Positions 59,759-64,000 of a DNA stretch of 64,000 nt are shown piece after piece. The stretch spans positions 448,001 to 512,000 of the forward strand of contig CAWDEM010000008.1 of assembly GCA_963801355.1 (NCBI GenBank). The letters run 5' to 3'. The position numbers and the translations under genes were made by a program. The notes under the pieces are model-generated. The model was given only the letters and a program-made list of their open reading frames with translations, was not told the DNA's origin and did not search any database. Position 1 is the first letter of the stretch. Every line of letters starts with the position of its first letter. The DNA is from Ignavibacteriota bacterium (GTDB lineage: Bacteria; Bacteroidota; Ignavibacteria; UBA10030; UBA6906).

Positions 59759-62013
59759 CTGCAGGACTTCCGGAAAACTTTCCAGGCGAGCCCGAAGTAA
59801 CATTTGAACTCGCGAAACAGCACGGTTTGAACGAGGAAGAGTACGGAAAGATCCTCGCGCTTCTGGGCCGGATACCGACATACACCGAGCTCGGCATCTA
59901 CAGCGTCATGTGGAGTGAACACTGCAGTTACAAGAATTCCATCGCCGTCGTCAAGACGCTTCCGCGGAGCGGCGGGCGGCTGCTGGTGAGTGCGGGGGAG
60001 GAAAACGCGGGACTCGTGGACATCGGTGAGGGACTTGCGGTGGCATTCAAAATCGAGAGCCACAATCATCCCTCGGCGGTAGAACCGTATCAGGGGGCCG
60101 CAACGGGTGTCGGCGGGATCATGCGTGACATATTCACCATGGGAGCGCGTCCCATCGCTTCGCTCAATTCCCTGCGTTTTGGCGACTTGAAGCATCCCCG
60201 GACCCGTTTCCTCGTTGACGGTGTGGTTCGGGGGATCGGTGACTACGGGAACAGTTTCGGGGTGCCCACAGTGGCTGGCGAAGTGTACTTCGATGCGTGC
60301 TACCACGAGAACCCGTTGGTCAATGCCATGTCTGTCGGCGTTGTTAAGCACGGCGAGTGGGCCAGCGCGACCGCAAAGGGGCGGGGAAATCCGGTGATGA
60401 TCGTAGGCTCGGCGACCGGGAGGGATGGCATCCACGGAGCCACGTTTGCATCAGAGGAGATCTCCGAGGAATCCGAAAAGAAACGTCCGTCGGTGCAGGT
60501 GGGGGACCCCTTCACCGAGAAGCTCCTGCTGGAGGCCACGCTGGAGGCGATCAGGACAGGTTTGGTCGTGGGGATACAGGATATGGGTGCAGCGGGGATA
60601 ATTTGTTCAACATCAGAGATGAGCGCCCGCGGGAAATGCGGAATGGACATTAACCTGGACCATGTGCCGGCGCGGGAAACCAGCATGTCCGCGTACGAAT
60701 TGATGCTTTCTGAGTCACAGGAACGCATGCTGGTGGTGGTGCAAAAGGGGCGTGAGGATGATGTCCGGGCGGTTTTCAGCAAGTGGGATCTGCACGCCGA
60801 GATCATCGGCGAAGTGATTGACGGGGACCGGCTGATCGTACGCTACCGGGGGAGGAAGGTTGCCGATGTTTCTCCTGATTCGCTCGTATTGGGAGGAGGT
60901 GCTCCCGTTTACACCCGGGAAGCCAGAAGGCCGGATTATCTGGATGCGGTGCAGAAGTTCGATCCCGGCCGCATCCCCGTTCCCGGGAATCTGATGGAAG
61001 TCCTCGTCACATTGTTGAGTGACCCGAACATTGCGTCCAAACATTGGGTCTACGATCAATACGACAGTATGGTGAGGACAAATAACGTAGTTTTAGCTGG
61101 AGCTGATGCCGCAATAGTCAATGTACAGCATACAGTTAAGGGGTTAGCTTTAAAAACTGACTGCAATGGTAGATACGTTTACCTCAACCCGCGGCTTGGG
61201 GGAAAGATAGCGGTGGCGGAGGCTGCGCGGAACGTGGCATGCACGGGAGCCGTTCCTGTAGCGATAACGAATTGTCTCAATTTCGGGAATCCGTACAAGC
61301 CGGGGGTATACTGGCAGTTCACGGAGGCTGTTGCGGGGATTGGAGAAGCCTGCCGGGTGTTTGGCACACCCGTAACGGGGGGAAATGTAAGTTTTTACAA
61401 CGAGAGTCCTACGGCCAGCGTTTATCCGACACCCGTTATTGGTATGCTGGGTGTGCTGGATGATGTGCGCAAGGCGACCAGGGCATTTTTCAGAAATCCC
61501 GGCGACCGGATATATTTGCTTGGCAAGTGTAACGGGCACATAGGCGGCTCGGAATACCTAGCAGTTGTTCATCAGACGATTGCCGGCGATGCTCCGCCCA
61601 TCGATTTGGACGAGGAGAAACGTCTGCAGGGACTCCTCGCAGGTCTGTCTGCAGGCGGTGTGCTTGCGTCAGCGCATGACTGTTCGGAGGGTGGGTTTGC
61701 CACGGCCCTCGCAGAGTGTTGTCTGTTGAACAGGAAGAAGCAACTCGGGGCTCGGGTGCGCATGCCGGCAGGAGGGATCCGACCCGACGCGGTGCTTTTT
61801 GGTGAGGATCAATCCAGAGTCATTGTGAGCGTGGCACCAGAACAGTCGGAGAATCTGGTTGCAGAGTCAAGCCGGGCCGGCATCAATATTACAGACCTGG
61901 GAGAAGTGCTGGAAGAGCGTCTACTGGAGATAGAGGGATGCGGAAAGATCGGCCTTGAAATACTGGACAATGCATATTTCGATGCGATCGGGGAGAGGAT
62001 GCAAATTTCATAA
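59749..62013 (+). CDS. purL: Phosphoribosylformylglycinamidine synthase subunit PurL (small type)
   Basis: [46 protein letters not shown]. Confidence 0.97.
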   Translation: MEMTAGLPENFPGEPEVTFELAKQHGLNEEEYGKILALLGRIPTYTELGIYSVMWSEHCSYKNSIAVVKTLPRSGGRLLVSAGEENAGLVDIGEGLAVAFKIESHNHPSAVEPYQGAATGVGGIMRDIFTMGARPIASLNSLRFGDLKHPRTRFLVDGVVRGIGDYGNSFGVPTVAGEVYFDACYHENPLVNAMSVGVVKHGEWASATAKGRGNPVMIVGSATGRDGIHGATFASEEISEESEKKRPSVQVGDPFTEKLLLEATLEAIRTGLVVGIQDMGAAGIICSTSEMSARGKCGMDINLDHVPARETSMSAYELMLSESQERMLVVVQKGREDDVRAVFSKWDLHAEIIGEVIDGDRLIVRYRGRKVADVSPDSLVLGGGAPVYTREARRPDYLDAVQKFDPGRIPVPGNLMEVLVTLLSDPNIASKHWVYDQYDSMVRTNNVVLAGADAAIVNVQHTVKGLALKTDCNGRYVYLNPRLGGKIAVAEAARNVACTGAVPVAITNCLNFGNPYKPGVYWQFTEAVAGIGEACRVFGTPVTGGNVSFYNESPTASVYPTPVIGMLGVLDDVRKATRAFFRNPGDRIYLLGKCNGHIGGSEYLAVVHQTIAGDAPPIDLDEEKRLQGLLAGLSAGGVLASAHDCSEGGFATALAECCLLNRKKQLGARVRMPAGGIRPDAVLFGEDQSRVIVSVAPEQSENLVAESSRAGINITDLGEVLEERLLEIEGCGKIGLEILDNAYFDAIGERMQIS

Positions 62014-62040
62014 AGTGACATAATACATATTATTTGTCAT
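62013..62040. other. Candidate dif (XerCD chromosome dimer resolution) site
   Basis: Minus strand ATGACAAATAA-TATGTA-TTATGTCACTT, an 11-6-11 layout; right arm 8/11 to the E. coli XerD arm TTATGTTAAAT. Confidence 0.55.
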
Positions 62041-62947
62041 TGGGGCAGATCATCATGATCGCCCCTGGCTCAACACCCAGCTGCACGCCGTTTACATCGC
62101 TCCCGACCACTTCACCGTCTGCGTGAACCTTGAACAGATCGTCAGATTCGACCTGCAACTGCGCTGTGCGCAAATAGCTAACAGCTTTGTGTTCAAGCCG
62201 CTTGCCGCCTAAAACCTTCGGGATCAGTCCGATGATTGTCAGAACTGGAACCTCTCCTATCATGCAGACATCAAGCCTGCCGTCGTCAACGGTGGCCTCA
62301 GGAGTCAGATAGAAACCGCCCCCCGCACTTTTCCCGTTTCCTGCAGCAATGAGCAGGCGCCTGCCGGTCGTGTTACGGCCGTCGGACGAGATGCGGAACT
62401 CCGGTATCTTGAATTTCCGGAGTGTCTGCAGCACCGCAACGAGATACACCAGTGTGCCGCGCAGGTAACTGATTTCGCTGACGCGCTCTGCCACCGAAGC
62501 ATCGAAGCCGATTCCAACACCGTTAACGAAATACCTCTGCGGAGCATATATCATGCTCCCGTTTTCCATTTTGCCCACACGGACCGTGCCTGCGTCAACC
62601 CGGCGCACGTTGGAAGCTTTCAGGATTTGCAGGCAGGATTGCAGCCTTCTCGGGATCCCCACGGATTTCACGAAATCGTTTCCCGATCCCGTCGGGATGA
62701 CCCCAAGGGTTTTCGTGGAGCCGATGATCCCGTTTGCGACCTCGTTCAACGTGCCGTCCCCGCCTACAGCCACGATAATCCTGCTCTCTGAATTGCGCGC
62801 GATTTCCGTCGCGTGTCCCGTGCGCTGCGTCCGGATAACTTCGTACGTGATGCCGAGTCCGGGCAGGAGTCGCTCGACCTCGTTGAGCGTCTTCTGAGCG
62901 GCACCTTTGGCGGCCGCGGGGTTCATGACAAAGGTGAAATCAGTCAA
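62030..62947 (-). CDS. Diacylglycerol kinase family lipid kinase (YegS/DgkB-like)
   Basis: NP.A, GGDGTLNEV, P.GSGNDF, G.GFDA, DDG.LD, DGE. Confidence 0.93.
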   Translation of the reverse strand: MTDFTFVMNPAAAKGAAQKTLNEVERLLPGLGITYEVIRTQRTGHATEIARNSESRIIVAVGGDGTLNEVANGIIGSTKTLGVIPTGSGNDFVKSVGIPRRLQSCLQILKASNVRRVDAGTVRVGKMENGSMIYAPQRYFVNGVGIGFDASVAERVSEISYLRGTLVYLVAVLQTLRKFKIPEFRISSDGRNTTGRRLLIAAGNGKSAGGGFYLTPEATVDDGRLDVCMIGEVPVLTIIGLIPKVLGGKRLEHKAVSYLRTAQLQVESDDLFKVHADGEVVGSDVNGVQLGVEPGAIMMICPNDK

Positions 62948-62962
62948 GACCGTTGTCCGGCG

Positions 62963-63817
62963 TCAAACACGGGTATACCCATCGATGTTGTTTGAAATGG
63001 TGTCAAATAACACATTGGAAGAGAACACAATACGGGCATGTCCTTCAAGTGAAATTGATGACATTTTCTGACCGTCAAATGAAAATCCAACGCGCAAGAT
63101 CTCGCCGCCGCGGCTTTGCACAGTAACGGGTGAGGAAGCCCCCTTTTCGATTGCAGCCATTACCGCAGATGCGATCGACCCTGTCCCGCACGCCAGAGTT
63201 TCGGCTTCGACTCCCCTTTCATATGTCCGGATGGCGATTGAGTCTTTGCCCGTTACTTTCACAAAGTTCACATTGGTGCCTTCAGGCATGAACTCCGGGT
63301 GCGCACGCAGTTCTCTGCCTGTGCCAAGGACATCGATTTGCTCGAGGTCGTCAACGAACGTCACGACGTGAGGCGCGCCCGTATCGATCGAGTGGCAGAG
63401 GAACCGGCCGGCGGTTGCATGTACGAGGACACCCCTTCGGATGCGCTCGGGGTCTTTCATGGCCACCCGGATCCCGTCGCCGGTGAACGTCGCCTTATAC
63501 AAGTATCCAAACGCTTCGAAGTTTATGTCGTCATGCTCGATGCCGTTTTCCCGGGCGTACAGGACGCAGCATCTCCCTCCGTTGCCGCACATGCCTCCGG
63601 TGCTCCCGTCGGCGTTGTAGTACAACATGGTGAAGTCGGCGCTTGTGGAGGGAGCGAGCACGAGGAGGCCGTCAGCGCCGACGCCGTAGTGACGTTCGCA
63701 GACCGCCCTGGCGAATGCCGGCCAGGAGACCTGCATCTGCCCGCGCGAGTTGTCGACCACCACAAAGTCGTTCCCGGCCCCGCTCAACTTGGCAAATGGA
63801 ATTTCGATCTTGCCCAT
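62963..63817 (-). CDS. dapF: Diaminopimelate epimerase
   Basis: GAGNDF, GADG, NADGS...MCGNG, GAPH, NVNF, TYERGVE.ETLACGTG; ATG at 63817. Confidence 0.97.
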   Translation of the reverse strand: MGKIEIPFAKLSGAGNDFVVVDNSRGQMQVSWPAFARAVCERHYGVGADGLLVLAPSTSADFTMLYYNADGSTGGMCGNGGRCCVLYARENGIEHDDINFEAFGYLYKATFTGDGIRVAMKDPERIRRGVLVHATAGRFLCHSIDTGAPHVVTFVDDLEQIDVLGTGRELRAHPEFMPEGTNVNFVKVTGKDSIAIRTYERGVEAETLACGTGSIASAVMAAIEKGASSPVTVQSRGGEILRVGFSFDGQKMSSISLEGHARIVFSSNVLFDTISNNIDGYTRV

Positions 63818-63830
63818 AGATGTCTCCCTG

Positions 63831-63865
63831 GAAAAGGAAACGCTCCCGGGTCTGCCCCGGGAGCG
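63831..63865 (-). terminator. Intrinsic terminator of ssrA
   Basis: Minus strand CGCTCCCGGG-gcaga-CCCGGGAGCG followed by TTTCCTTTTC. Confidence 0.85.
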
Positions 63866-63866
63866 C

Positions 63867-64000
63867 TGGTGGAGATGGCGGGAGTCGAACCCGCGTCCGA
63901 AGAGAAGACCATCCGGACCACTACATGCGTATTCTGTCTTTTGAGCTTCATCCTGCCGCCTCCGACAGACAGGCGGTTGGCAGAACAACCCCGGGGTGGC
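63867..64000 (-). ncRNA. ssrA: tmRNA, 3' portion (5' part outside the window)
   Basis: Minus strand ...ACGCATGTAG...TCGGACGCGGGTTCGACTCCCGCCATCTCCACCA: T-arm plus Ala-type acceptor end, with no D/anticodon arms at tRNA distance. Confidence 0.88.

Noticed and set aside
63867-63900. tRNA gene or att-site remnant of an integrated element
   Set aside because: Upstream sequence has tmRNA features rather than tRNA arms; it is followed directly by a terminator and dapF, with no integrase or duplicated 3' end in the window
63818-63988. N-terminal extension of dapF in the ORF track
   Set aside because: Overlaps the tmRNA and its terminator; DapF homology starts at ATG 63817

Overview
A ~60% GC chromosomal window that is almost entirely core genome. 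Gene content (alternative complex III, bshC, lnt, E. coli-like sigma70 promoters) suggests an Ignavibacteria-like member of the Bacteroidota/Chlorobiota group; this is inference, not a database result. From left to right: the 3' part of a degenerate sigma54-activator-like regulator; a GT2; a secreted H-type lectin; purF-pgsA-ftsY-mutL; DUF362/EamA; acyP-ispF-dedA-PAP2-lnt-ltaE; rimP-nusA-infB-rbfA-truB-ribF-rpsO-pnp; bshC; a ~15 kb respiratory super-operon (actA, small Tat-motif ORF, actB, actC, actDE fusion, actF, cytochrome c, SCO, A2-type oxidase subunits I/III/IV/II, polytopic cytochrome c, heme O synthase); a nucleoside salvage block (cdd-tdk-punA) interrupted by a 28-bp tandem array and a 23% GC island; PASTA-rpe; lrp-glnA; crotonase-apt-tnaA; a cluster of small genes (Yip1, zincin, ABM-like, hemerythrin, DUF971, flavin reductase); an M28 peptidase; yqeY-mutS2-fadL-purL; a candidate dif site; DAGK, dapF and the 3' end of tmRNA. 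I found no transposase, integrase, phage, CRISPR or defence genes. The best leads are a translationally coupled small Tat-motif protein in the ACIII operon next to an ActB with a degenerate RK Tat motif, the tdk-adjacent 28-bp array with its AT-rich island, a probable replication-terminus dif site at 62013-62040, and an Lrp regulator coupled to glnA.
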